A stretch of 64,000 nucleotides of DNA, from the IMG/VR virus record IMGVR_UViG_3300020050_016625, positions 70,864 through 134,863 of that record. One strand, given 5' to 3'. Origin of the DNA: a virus (taxonomy: Duplodnaviria > Caudoviricetes). The translations under genes were made by a program, and so were the position numbers. Positions 37,838 through 47,310 of the stretch are shown in pieces. Positions within the stretch are counted from its first letter, which is position 1. Every line of letters starts with the position of its first letter. Below the pieces are notes generated by a model, which searched no databases, had not been told where the DNA came from, and saw only the letters and a program-made list of their open reading frames with translations.

Positions 37838-38257
37838 ATGAATATGCAAGAAATAAAAACCGCCCTAAATATTGACGTTTTGGTACTAATGATGCAAAGT
37901 AGAATTGTGAATAAAAGCCAAAATATAGGTACTTTTGGGCTTGGTGGCTGCGATTGTGCAATAGCAGAAAAGGGCGATAAGGTATATTTAGGACACTTCC
38001 CACCTACACATAAAGATAGATTAACAAGTGAATTATTAGCCTTTGGTGCAGAAAAGATAACTATTTTTACACTTGGTGAGTGGGTAGAAAACAACGGCAA
38101 ATGGGAAATGCAAGTAAGGTCAAAAGACTTTGGAGATAATGCAGTCTATATAGGTTATAGCGACCATGAAAACGAAGGCGAAACAATAGAAAGCAGGGCT
38201 GTATGTTGGATAAATGAAAAAATTACAAGTCATTTTTTATCATATAATCAAGCATAA
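37838..38257 (+). CDS. Putative CheD/CNF1-like Cys-His deamidase
   Basis: IGTFGLGGC...VYLGHFPP resembles CheD TxGLGSC...H. Confidence 0.45.
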   Translation: MNMQEIKTALNIDVLVLMMQSRIVNKSQNIGTFGLGGCDCAIAEKGDKVYLGHFPPTHKDRLTSELLAFGAEKITIFTLGEWVENNGKWEMQVRSKDFGDNAVYIGYSDHENEGETIESRAVCWINEKITSHFLSYNQA

Positions 38258-38280
38258 AATTAAACTTATCTCAAAATATT

Positions 38281-38754
38281 ATGGATAATAGACCGCCTAA
38301 TTTAGGCTTTAAAACAAACGGTGCTTATCGTGCTACAATCAATTCATTATATAACGAATTAAATACAGGCGATTTATTTGGCATGAAACTACCTGCATTT
38401 CAAAGGGGCTTAGTTTGGAGTGAAAAGCAAAATATTGCGCTTATCGAAAGTCTCATATTAGGAATTGAAATAGGTAGCTATATGGTAAATATTACAGGGC
38501 ATGGAAGTGTTTTTGATAATTTACTCATAGAGGGGCAGCAAAGATTAAACGCATTGCATCTGTATTTTAATAACGCTTTTCCTGTATTTGGGTTTTATTG
38601 GAAAGACTTGAATGTATATGAGCAAAGAGAAATAAGAATAAATAGGCTTTTTACAAAGAATGAAATTTGCATAAAGGACGATGCAAAGCTACGAGAGGTG
38701 TACAATCGCTTCAATTTTGGCGGTACAGCGCACAAAGATAGTGAACGGGCTTAA
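38281..38754 (+). CDS. DUF262 domain protein
   Basis: LPAFQRGLVW, IEGQQRL, YNRFNFGG. Confidence 0.8.
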   Translation: MDNRPPNLGFKTNGAYRATINSLYNELNTGDLFGMKLPAFQRGLVWSEKQNIALIESLILGIEIGSYMVNITGHGSVFDNLLIEGQQRLNALHLYFNNAFPVFGFYWKDLNVYEQREIRINRLFTKNEICIKDDAKLREVYNRFNFGGTAHKDSERA

Positions 38755-38799
38755 AAGTACATATATTTGTATTTTAATTACAAATCTAATACAAATAGT

Positions 38800-39072
38800 A
38801 TGAATACGTCATTTTTAAAAACATTTACAACGGTAACGGGTGAGGTTGTGCAAGGTCTTGCATTAAATGAGTCTCAATTAATGCTTAAATTTATTAAATA
38901 CCTTGAACTTAACCACAAAATAGAATCTCAAAAGGCTAAGTGTTTGGTCTATAATGGCAATGCAGAAAAATTAGCCGAGTTGAATATAAATGGGCAAATG
39001 GCAGCGATAATAGCTACTCAAGTGTCTGCCACCTTGCCAAAAGAATTTAACTTAAACCCGATTGGTAACTAA
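38800..39072 (+). CDS. Hypothetical protein
   Basis: Likely start MNTSF. Confidence 0.5.
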   Translation: MNTSFLKTFTTVTGEVVQGLALNESQLMLKFIKYLELNHKIESQKAKCLVYNGNAEKLAELNINGQMAAIIATQVSATLPKEFNLNPIGN

Positions 39073-39074
39073 TA

Positions 39075-39110
39075 AAAAAACGCTGCATATTAATTTATGC
39101 AGCGTTTTTT
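39075..39110. terminator. Bidirectional terminator, identical to 18291-18326
   Basis: 36-bp exact repeat. Confidence 0.8.
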
Positions 39111-39112
39111 AT

Positions 39113-40378
39113 TTATACAGTAGGTGTAACTGGCGTTTCAGTTGTAGTAGCATTTAACCCTGCTAACATAGTTTCATTTTTCTGCATATAGATTGTAACA
39201 TCGTCTTGTGGGTCTATGCCATACGAATTAAATATTTCAAGTGCAATACCTTTAAAGGTAGGGAACGTTTGTGGTCTGCCAAATTCACTCGCCCACGCCT
39301 CCATGAATAGTAATGCAGATTTTGATTTATCAGTATTCATACTACCACTTGTGGACATCATTAATTCAAATGGTACGCCAAAGCCCGAAACTGACAATTG
39401 AAATAAATCGTTAAATGTTGCGCTATCTACAAAGTTTATCTTACCTGCACCCCTACTTGAATTATAACTCGACAAAGCAGGAATACTACCAAACAAATGT
39501 ACACTTTCTCCTGCTAATGCTTTATTCGTGGATTTTTTAAAATCTTCTTTTAATCCCTTCAATGTCCTTTGTACGTCTAATTGGTCTTCGGGGCTTAATT
39601 CATTAAGTTTTTGTACATCTGTTGAAATTAAGGTAACATCAAAAGGATTCATATTACGCATTAAACCGTTTATTTGTGCGTTAATGAGTTTAACCATACT
39701 TTCAATAAGAAAAGAACTACCATAAATCAAAGGTTCTCCCCAATCATAACCACTAACTGTATTATAAACTGTAATATAAAGCGTGTTAATATCTATGATT
39801 TTATCCCCATTTTCAGACATATAAAGCAATTGTTTTTTACTATTTAGCGTATCGAAATAAAACAAGTCAGGCTTATAAACGATAATCTTTTCTGCATAAC
39901 CCGTTATTTCATTTCGCTGCACTTGAATAAATGACATACCCCATACATCGCAGTCCTTACTGCAAATATTAACAAGTGAATTTAAGCCCCTTGTTTTTGG
40001 AATAATTCCATTATAATCATAAACAGGTATTTCATCTAAAATATAAGTAGCTATTTTCTTTAATACCTTTTTGTTTTTTGCTGTCTCTGAAATATCTATT
40101 TTAACTGTACCTAAAAAAATACAGCGTATATTTATAGCCTTCTTATAGGGCGTAAAAATGAGATATATTAGATTAGAGAAGTTTATATGTAATCTTGGAT
40201 TAATTACATTTAAAAGGCTACCACACTTATTCAATGCCTTTATAAGATTATTTGTGTAATAATCTACATTTGGATTGTCAGTTAATTCAGTTGCACCAAT
40301 AACACCAGTTGTGGTGGTTATCATATCTTGCGAAAAGAATTTAGAGACACGTTTTCTTATATTTGATATAAAACTCAT
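39113..40378 (-). CDS. Putative portal protein
   Basis: Directly after TerL; 421 aa; DVWGMSFI, WGEPLI and GFGVPFELM portal-like segments. Confidence 0.7.
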   Translation of the reverse strand: MSFISNIRKRVSKFFSQDMITTTTGVIGATELTDNPNVDYYTNNLIKALNKCGSLLNVINPRLHINFSNLIYLIFTPYKKAINIRCIFLGTVKIDISETAKNKKVLKKIATYILDEIPVYDYNGIIPKTRGLNSLVNICSKDCDVWGMSFIQVQRNEITGYAEKIIVYKPDLFYFDTLNSKKQLLYMSENGDKIIDINTLYITVYNTVSGYDWGEPLIYGSSFLIESMVKLINAQINGLMRNMNPFDVTLISTDVQKLNELSPEDQLDVQRTLKGLKEDFKKSTNKALAGESVHLFGSIPALSSYNSSRGAGKINFVDSATFNDLFQLSVSGFGVPFELMMSTSGSMNTDKSKSALLFMEAWASEFGRPQTFPTFKGIALEIFNSYGIDPQDDVTIYMQKNETMLAGLNATTTETPVTPTV

Positions 40379-40417
40379 ATTTTCAGTAATTAATCGGCAA
40401 AGTTACATGAATAACTA

Positions 40418-41926
40418 CTACACCGCAAAACTAATTGTCTTACGTTTCAAAGGTGCAAAGGCTGTGTAGGCTGCATACCTAAAAGCATCTATTAAATCGT
40501 CATTCTTTTTCTCTATTACATCTGTGTACATTCCTAACTTTTTATCAATCCTATACTTGTATTCCATTAATTCAGATATAAGATTGATAGAATGATTTTC
40601 GCTATTGCAAACGACATAGATAGGCATATCCCTTAAATAATCTATACCATTTTTTACATCATTATTGCCATTCGTTATATAGTACCCTGCTGTTCTGAAA
40701 TCCGATTTATCACTACTTGCTTCGGGGCTTATAAAATATTGTGCGCTTGTAGGTAGTTTATCTTTATAGGTATTTATGATTTGATTTGCCGTAAAATGTC
40801 TTTGATAAACAACCTCTTGCACATATAAACCCCTACCTGCTGTAATTTCTCCATTTTCTACAATATCAATCGGCAAATAAGCGACTTTTACAACTGCATA
40901 CGGGTGTTCAAAACCCTTATCAACTCCATACACAATTTTATCACAAGCATTTGGAAATGCGTATGTTTTACTCCATTTTGGTATAATACAGCCCTCATTA
41001 TTACCACCCCACTCACCAAGTGCGTACACTCTATAAAAGTTTGTATCATCGTGCATTTTCGATTCCAACGAATCTATATAGTCTTGCGGTAAGAAGGCAT
41101 TATCTTTATAAGTAGTTTTGAGTTTGAAAACTTGTGTATTTAGACGTGCTATTGTTTCAGGCGCAAGGTCTTTATCTTCTTTAATATGCTTATTAAGCCA
41201 AAAATAGCGATTTAACCAATGTGCGCTGTGGGTAGGATTGTAGGTAAATATAATTCTTGAATCACAACCTACTACCCTTAAACGTGTTTCTAATTGCTTA
41301 ATATCGTCAAAGGTAATACCTCCATCTGTTGCCTCCTCAATCCAAAAACCCGTAATGTAAGGAATAGATTTTATCCTATCTGCACCTCCGCTACGTAACC
41401 CTGCGCAAAGTATTTCATTACCATTTTTCGATATTAAGCGGAGGTTACTCATATCTACATCTATATCCAAGCCACGTTCTAAAACCATTGAACGCAATAA
41501 CTCGAACTGTGAATATCTTACAAGGTTCTTTTGCGCCCTTAATAAAACAATCTTTTCCTTCCAAGTTCTAATGTTTGCTATCTTGCATTTTTTAGGGTTT
41601 ATTTCTCCATTTTGTAGTTTCTTATTGTAATCTACACTACCAAAACGCACCTGCATAGCTTTGTGAAACTCCTTTTCACTTGATGCAATTTTCCCAAATT
41701 TTCGCAAAGTATCAAACTCACTTTTTCCATACTTATACTGCATAGCAGATTCCCATTCCTTTACAGACTTGTAAGGCAACATGTAAACATCTAAAATCTT
41801 TTGGGCTGCTGTATGCGATTTTGCGCTACCTGCACCGCCCATGAGATGTTGATATTTGTGTTTTGAACGAAAAAAGGGAATGTATGCTGTATTATATAAA
41901 GCAAGTTTATTTTGCGCAATATTCAT
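40418..41926 (-). CDS. terL: Terminase large subunit (PBSX-like)
   Basis: GGAGSAKS Walker A, FWIEEA Walker B, FTYNP, TYKDNAFLP, ALGEWG, GVDKG and DDLIDAFRY. Confidence 0.93.
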   Translation of the reverse strand: MNIAQNKLALYNTAYIPFFRSKHKYQHLMGGAGSAKSHTAAQKILDVYMLPYKSVKEWESAMQYKYGKSEFDTLRKFGKIASSEKEFHKAMQVRFGSVDYNKKLQNGEINPKKCKIANIRTWKEKIVLLRAQKNLVRYSQFELLRSMVLERGLDIDVDMSNLRLISKNGNEILCAGLRSGGADRIKSIPYITGFWIEEATDGGITFDDIKQLETRLRVVGCDSRIIFTYNPTHSAHWLNRYFWLNKHIKEDKDLAPETIARLNTQVFKLKTTYKDNAFLPQDYIDSLESKMHDDTNFYRVYALGEWGGNNEGCIIPKWSKTYAFPNACDKIVYGVDKGFEHPYAVVKVAYLPIDIVENGEITAGRGLYVQEVVYQRHFTANQIINTYKDKLPTSAQYFISPEASSDKSDFRTAGYYITNGNNDVKNGIDYLRDMPIYVVCNSENHSINLISELMEYKYRIDKKLGMYTDVIEKKNDDLIDAFRYAAYTAFAPLKRKTISFAV

Positions 41927-41928
41927 AA

Positions 41929-42675
41929 TTATTCATTTTCTGCCAAAGCATCTGAAATATCCACTACACTAATGCGTATTTCCTGCGATTTATCTAATTT
42001 GCCATTATTATTAGTTTTACCGTAAACGTCAGGCTTCATAGCTGTTAAGCCAAACATTAGCAACCTATCATTAATAAGTGTCTCCCCTATTTGCACACGC
42101 CTAACTTTTGGTGTAAGTTCTCCATATTCATCTGTAATCATAATAACATTACCATCATCATCATAAACTTTTTCCCATGCGTAAATAGGCATACCCCCTG
42201 TTGCAGCCTTATCCATGAGATTCTCATAGTGTTCTAATCTATACTCATTAGCCTTACCTAAAGCCGCACTAATATGCTCTGCAAAGTCAATATCCCTATA
42301 CCATTTATCACATTCTGCAATAGTTAATGACTTCTTTTTCTCATTTTCTTTTGAAATTATAGTCATAGCACATGCAGAGCGTTTACGCCCAAAGCACTCA
42401 ATTAAATTATCAATAAACCTTGTTTGTAATTCAGATAAAACCTTTTCAACCACTACGGTTGTAGGAAGTGATATATCACCGTTTTTATCCTTTACTACAA
42501 TGTCGTAACATTTGCCGTATAAGTCTTTAAAGTAGTTATCATACTGAAATGTCTCGCCTGCATCTATGCTGTATTTATAAGGCTTTTTACCACCTGTTGC
42601 AGCTATTGTAATAGTGCCTGTTGAATATGCGTAATTCGTATGTGTTGCAACTGCTTTTACAGAAATTGTCTCCAT
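41929..42675 (-). CDS. Putative terminase small subunit with N-terminal SprB-like repeat
   Basis: Directly upstream of TerL; DRLLMFGLTAMKPDVYG TerS-like tail; GTITIAATGGKKPYKYSID...YDIVVKDKNG N-terminus. Confidence 0.65.
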   Translation of the reverse strand: METISVKAVATHTNYAYSTGTITIAATGGKKPYKYSIDAGETFQYDNYFKDLYGKCYDIVVKDKNGDISLPTTVVVEKVLSELQTRFIDNLIECFGRKRSACAMTIISKENEKKKSLTIAECDKWYRDIDFAEHISAALGKANEYRLEHYENLMDKAATGGMPIYAWEKVYDDDGNVIMITDEYGELTPKVRRVQIGETLINDRLLMFGLTAMKPDVYGKTNNNGKLDKSQEIRISVVDISDALAENE

Positions 42676-42687
42676 AATTTTGTTTTT

Positions 42688-42730
42688 TTTCTCACAAAAG
42701 TATAATCATTATATGTATATTGTTTTTTTT
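42688..42730 (-). promoter_or_regulatory. Putative late promoter of the packaging operon
   Basis: Matches 23282-23324; TACTTTTG -7 box. Confidence 0.6.
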
Positions 42731-42782
42731 ATGCAAAAAATTGCGTATTATTGCAGGGTAATTATAAGGAATATATAAAAAT

Positions 42783-43298
42783 ATGTTGTTTTTAGTAGAA
42801 ATATTAGACTTCAAAAAAGGTACTTGGACAGAAGTAAAGCCTACTAAGTATATTATGAATAGGTATATGGAGTTTACGGCTAATTCACAAAGCCTTACGG
42901 AAACTATGTATAATTGCTTATGTTTTATTAGTAACGATTGTAGGAACTCATTCAAAGAACATAGCCCTATTAGACGTGTAAGGCTATTTAAGAACATGGA
43001 AAAAAGTTATGACTTACTTTATAGTTTTGATTTACGTGGGTTTTATGATAGATTAGGGGAGGTTATTGTACCATTAGGGGCAGAAAATGGAGACTACGAA
43101 GTGGTTTTCCAAAGATATAAAAGTGATTACGATTCAAAGAAATGTAAAAATATGTTCTTTGCCTTTAAGATACTTTTACGCAAAGCGGTTTCTGTATTAG
43201 TGCCTATTTACCTTAAACATAATGGCAAGATAATCTATTATATACGCAAGCGGAAACTATACAACGCCCAAAACAAACTTATTTTAAGACTATGTTAG
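42783..43298 (+). CDS. Hypothetical basic protein
   Basis: 171 aa ORF. Confidence 0.55.
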   Translation: MLFLVEILDFKKGTWTEVKPTKYIMNRYMEFTANSQSLTETMYNCLCFISNDCRNSFKEHSPIRRVRLFKNMEKSYDLLYSFDLRGFYDRLGEVIVPLGAENGDYEVVFQRYKSDYDSKKCKNMFFAFKILLRKAVSVLVPIYLKHNGKIIYYIRKRKLYNAQNKLILRLC

Positions 43299-43648
43299 TA
43301 ACATTTGAAGAAATTACAGCAGACATGCAGAAGGGAGAAATGAGAACCCTATCAAACTTACTCATTAATCACATGTTAGATACCTGCATTATGCAGGGTA
43401 AAATCATTAAAAACGCAGAAATTAGGCGTTTTTTCAATGAAAAAGGATATACAGTAGCAGATACGCAGGTAAGGCAAATTATTCACAATATAAGGGTAAA
43501 TTACGTGTTTAGTAATAGCTATTACATTTGCGCAAGTCAAAAAGGCTATTTGCTTACAAATGACATTGCAAAAATTACTTTATTCAAAAAATCGCTGGTA
43601 CAAAGAACACAATCTATTAACGAAGTTATCAATTCAATAAATATATGA
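43292..43648 (+). CDS. Winged-helix DNA-binding protein
   Basis: DTQVRQIIHNIR...ICASQKGY pattern. Confidence 0.55.
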   Translation: MLVTFEEITADMQKGEMRTLSNLLINHMLDTCIMQGKIIKNAEIRRFFNEKGYTVADTQVRQIIHNIRVNYVFSNSYYICASQKGYLLTNDIAKITLFKKSLVQRTQSINEVINSINI

Positions 43649-44148
43649 TACATTTACAAAATATCGCAGACTTATTAGCCGCATCAAAAGACAATAAAGT
43701 CTATGTAATTCTCACAGAAAGAAGTGAGGATAGTTTTCAACACTTGTTATTGTCAGTCATTGATAACGACAATAACGGCAATATCCTATCTATTTCTTTT
43801 GGTAACAATAGAAGGGATTTAGCATTTGCGGCACAAAGCGCAATTATTGAAAAATTAGGGCAAAATGGCTACAAAGTAATTTCGGGACGTATAGGTGCTG
43901 AAATGGGTTTAACTACTTCTTTTGGCTTTATTTTTGATAGTAATGGAGAAATGTTAGTAGATATACAGCCGTACCATGAAACAGAAGTGTTTTTTAATGC
44001 AGATTGCAATTCACGTAATCTACAAGACATAGATAGTGAAATCCTTTTAAACATTAAAAAAGAAATGAAAGACCTTGCAGAAAATGGTGGCGTTATAACA
44101 GAAGGTGTACCCGAAAAACGCAAAAGAAATACCAAAGATACCAAATAA
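43645..44148 (+). CDS. Hypothetical protein
   Basis: Coupled ORF. Confidence 0.55.
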   Translation: MIHLQNIADLLAASKDNKVYVILTERSEDSFQHLLLSVIDNDNNGNILSISFGNNRRDLAFAAQSAIIEKLGQNGYKVISGRIGAEMGLTTSFGFIFDSNGEMLVDIQPYHETEVFFNADCNSRNLQDIDSEILLNIKKEMKDLAENGGVITEGVPEKRKRNTKDTK

Positions 44149-44272
44149 AGAAATCACAAGCCGCCTATTTTTTTTAGCCACGCACGTTCCCAAATAGTGT
44201 TGTGGCTTTTTTAATTAAAAACACCCACTAATTAAGTTTAGTAGGTGTTTTTTTATTAGTAATATGTAGTAA

Positions 44273-44410
44273 CTACTTAGAATCTGCATAGTAGCCACAA
44301 TTATTACACTTAATGTAGTAAGTATAGCCATTGCCACCTGTTACAATGTCTGTTGATTTGCAAGCAGGGCGTTCGTGCTTTGCAAATAGATTTAGAATAA
44401 ATTTCAGCAT
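44273..44410 (-). CDS. Small Zn-ribbon-like protein (45 aa)
   Basis: RPACKS...KCNNCGY; ECF promoter at 44442-44467. Confidence 0.45.
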   Translation of the reverse strand: MLKFILNLFAKHERPACKSTDIVTGGNGYTYYIKCNNCGYYADSK

Positions 44411-44740
44411 AATAAATTGATTAATGATTAATAATAGCCATTTTACGTAAATGTACGGAAAAGGTTTTAATATAAATAAAAGCAGGTTACATAAACTTAC
44501 AACCTGCTTTTATTTTATTTATTCTTTGCTTCTTTCTCGAATAGTTCTACATAGCCTTTTACAGCCTTATCATTCGATTGCATCTAAGATAACCATATCA
44601 ATAGCTGCTTTTGTGATTGCTTCTTTACTTGCTTGCATGGGATTGAAATTAAGTATCAACAAAAGCCTTATCGCCTTTACATATCAGTACAAAAGTAGGG
44701 GGTTTCTCAATACTGTACAACTGCATAAAAGGGTGGTAAA

Positions 44741-45118
44741 TTACACAAACCTAATAAATCCTATCTTTTCAAGCAATACGGCAGCCGTAATGAGCAAAAA
44801 CAAGTATCTAAGCAACACGCAAAGATTCAAAACACTTGCAAGTATTTCCACAATTATAAAATTCAAGTCGAAAAATTCTGTATAACCACTTACATATTCG
44901 GGTTGTGGCGCATGAAATGGCTTAAAAATCACATGTAACGTTTGTTCCATTACATACGCTGCTAAAAACTTTCTATGCCAGTAAACGCTTAATTTACCTT
45001 CTTTCATAGTTTTTTGTATTTCATTACATCTATGTTGTGCCGTAAAAGAAGTTATGCCTATTTTGTATAAGGAATTTATCTTATTTTTATCGTATTTCAG
45101 GATATATAATGTAGTCAT
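44741..45118 (-). CDS. T5orf172/GIY-YIG-like domain protein with C-terminal hydrophobic tail
   Basis: LYILK, YKIGIT, R..EI, EQTLH and TEFF. Confidence 0.7.
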   Translation of the reverse strand: MTTLYILKYDKNKINSLYKIGITSFTAQHRCNEIQKTMKEGKLSVYWHRKFLAAYVMEQTLHVIFKPFHAPQPEYVSGYTEFFDLNFIIVEILASVLNLCVLLRYLFLLITAAVLLEKIGFIRFV

Positions 45119-45182
45119 GTAATTTAATTTGCGTAATAACTGAAAATGAATTACTTTTGTTTAAATTTTAATAAATCATACA

Positions 45183-45638
45183 ATGAAATTCATTCAGGCT
45201 TTTTTCTACATTATTGCGCTATCTTTTGTAGGTATAGCGTTCGGGCTGTTATCGCCCTTGCTTTTTGTATTAAGCGTTCTTTCTCCAAGTATGAAAAAGA
45301 GAATTGTTAGCTTTGCAAATAGGTTTGAAGATGGCGAGGAGGTTACTGCTATTTTATTCACTATTTATACATTAGTAGATAACGAAAAAGCCTTGTACGA
45401 AAACATAAATAAGGTTATGATAGTTTGTGAGGATAGCGACTTGCTGAATACAATAGAAAGAGAACATGGCGAAGTGGAAAGTGAATATGAATTTAGTTTA
45501 ATGACTTTGGCAGATTATAATAGTAATTTAGAAAGCAGAAATACTACTTACTCATATTACTACATTGGTACGGACATTTCGATACAACCACCCGTAGGCG
45601 TTTTAGAATCATTCTATTTTCACGTAAATAATCAGTAA
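45183..45638 (+). CDS. Putative membrane-anchored protein
   Basis: Hydrophobic N-terminus. Confidence 0.55.
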   Translation: MKFIQAFFYIIALSFVGIAFGLLSPLLFVLSVLSPSMKKRIVSFANRFEDGEEVTAILFTIYTLVDNEKALYENINKVMIVCEDSDLLNTIEREHGEVESEYEFSLMTLADYNSNLESRNTTYSYYYIGTDISIQPPVGVLESFYFHVNNQ

Positions 45639-45679
45639 ATAAATAAGCCATAAAGCATTACACTTTATGGCTTATTTAT

Positions 45680-46114
45680 TTAAAATAGATGCAAGAAAAA
45701 GTAAATCGTATCTATTACAAAGTATTTCAGTCTTTCTGCCACAATGAGCATTTCGGGCTTATTCGTTACGTAATATAAGGCTAAAATTAAGCAAGCGTAA
45801 GAAATGAAATGATAATCTACATTTAACTCATATTTTATTTTTCTGCTTAATATGGAATATACGGCTGCTTTAAAAATACTTACAAATAATATACTACCAA
45901 GTAAAAAAGTAATACAGTAAAGAATCAGCGTAAGTTCTCTATTATAAAGCATAGGCAAAGCAAGCGCAGTAAGAAGTGATATGTAGTAAGTATCAATATA
46001 CTTTTGTGCCTTTATAAAGCCTTCTTTCAATAAATTAATATCGAAAGTCATTGTTACGGCTTCTGTAATTTTAAGTAAAGCCCCTACAAAAATAAGTGTT
46101 TTTAAAATAATCAT
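45680..46114 (-). CDS. Putative multi-pass membrane protein
   Basis: Several hydrophobic segments. Confidence 0.55.
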   Translation of the reverse strand: MIILKTLIFVGALLKITEAVTMTFDINLLKEGFIKAQKYIDTYYISLLTALALPMLYNRELTLILYCITFLLGSILFVSIFKAAVYSILSRKIKYELNVDYHFISYACLILALYYVTNKPEMLIVAERLKYFVIDTIYFFLHLF

Positions 46115-46117
46115 AAT

Positions 46118-46822
46118 TTATTTAGTTTCAACAAAACAATCGCCACCGTATTTATTCAGTAAATGCGTTGTAATTGACATTATACGCTGTAAACATTCTA
46201 ATGTATCTATTCTATCATTATCGCTCTCAATAAGACAATAGGCTGCATAACAATTATTATTTACAAATTTTACCCATTGTATGAAATTATCAAAACTTTG
46301 CTTCTCATTTATTAAATTATCAATAGTCTCAAAGAAGTAGCCTAAATTTTGCGGCACAACTACTTCCACTGTCATCTTCTTAGAATCTATTTCAATCAAT
46401 TGTAGCTTATTTTTAGCTAAAACAATATCCTTTGCATTATATTCTTGTGTTTTTACTTGCTGTGTATCTTGCGTAATTTCTTTTGTAACTTCTTTACCTG
46501 TTATTCCTTTGGTTTCTTGCTTATACTCACTTGAATCTGCAAAATTAAGAAATATGAATACAACCGATAAAAAGGCATAAACACACATAAATTCAGAAAT
46601 TAAGGCTATGCCTAATATACTCGCTACTGTACAAAATAAAAAAGACCATGAAAATGCGAACTTATTATTATCGCTATCAATTGCTAAATTATAGCCTAAT
46701 ACAGAAAAGTAAACGCATACCACACCAATAATCTGCATCTCACTTGCTGCGTTAAAATGGAGCAATGTAAGCGCAAGCAGTACGCCTAACATAGAAAAAA
46801 TAATAAATCTATTCTTTTTCAT
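46118..46822 (-). CDS. Membrane protein (4 TM plus soluble tail)
   Basis: Likely start MKKNRF. Confidence 0.55.
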   Translation of the reverse strand: MKKNRFIIFSMLGVLLALTLLHFNAASEMQIIGVVCVYFSVLGYNLAIDSDNNKFAFSWSFLFCTVASILGIALISEFMCVYAFLSVVFIFLNFADSSEYKQETKGITGKEVTKEITQDTQQVKTQEYNAKDIVLAKNKLQLIEIDSKKMTVEVVVPQNLGYFFETIDNLINEKQSFDNFIQWVKFVNNNCYAAYCLIESDNDRIDTLECLQRIMSITTHLLNKYGGDCFVETK

Positions 46823-47306
46823 AAATAGCCAAAATAGTTTGTTGTGTAAATTGTGAAACCCCAAAGATAATATTATTACTATTGACTTTCTTTGTCCAAA
46901 CTGTAAAATTGTTAGCAATTTGCTCACGCTTGTAGTCGAAGTCGCTAATTAACACATGCTCATTAATAAAGCCTTTTCCAGTAAGATAAGCAAGCATTTC
47001 GCTATCTTTCTCCATATCCACTTTCATTTGCTTAAAAACCCAGCTAACGTACTTAAATGCAGATTCGTAAGCTAATTGCTTTGGCGCAAACGATACGATT
47101 GTATTTGTATTCACATGCGTTTGAATAAGCACCTTACATCTTTGCTCATAAATAGACTGTACTTGTGCATCATATTCGTGCGGCTTATCTAAAAAGTTTT
47201 GCATTGCAGTATTAACACCTTCTCTAATACCTAACTGCTTAATAATTTGATGAGCCATATCAGCCTCAATTACTTTTAGGGTTTTACTTACGATAAATTT
47301 GTACAT
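46809..47306 (-). CDS. Hypothetical protein
   Basis: ORF in operon. Confidence 0.55.
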   Translation of the reverse strand: MYKFIVSKTLKVIEADMAHQIIKQLGIREGVNTAMQNFLDKPHEYDAQVQSIYEQRCKVLIQTHVNTNTIVSFAPKQLAYESAFKYVSWVFKQMKVDMEKDSEMLAYLTGKGFINEHVLISDFDYKREQIANNFTVWTKKVNSNNIIFGVSQFTQQTILAIYEKE

Positions 47307-47310
47307 AATC

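Noticed and set aside
41560-41775. Intein in TerL
   Set aside because: Too short, with no C/S start or HN end motifs.
44451-44885. 144-aa plus-strand ORF
   Set aside because: It overlaps the T5orf172 gene, a terminator and a minus-strand promoter/remnant, so it is likely spurious.
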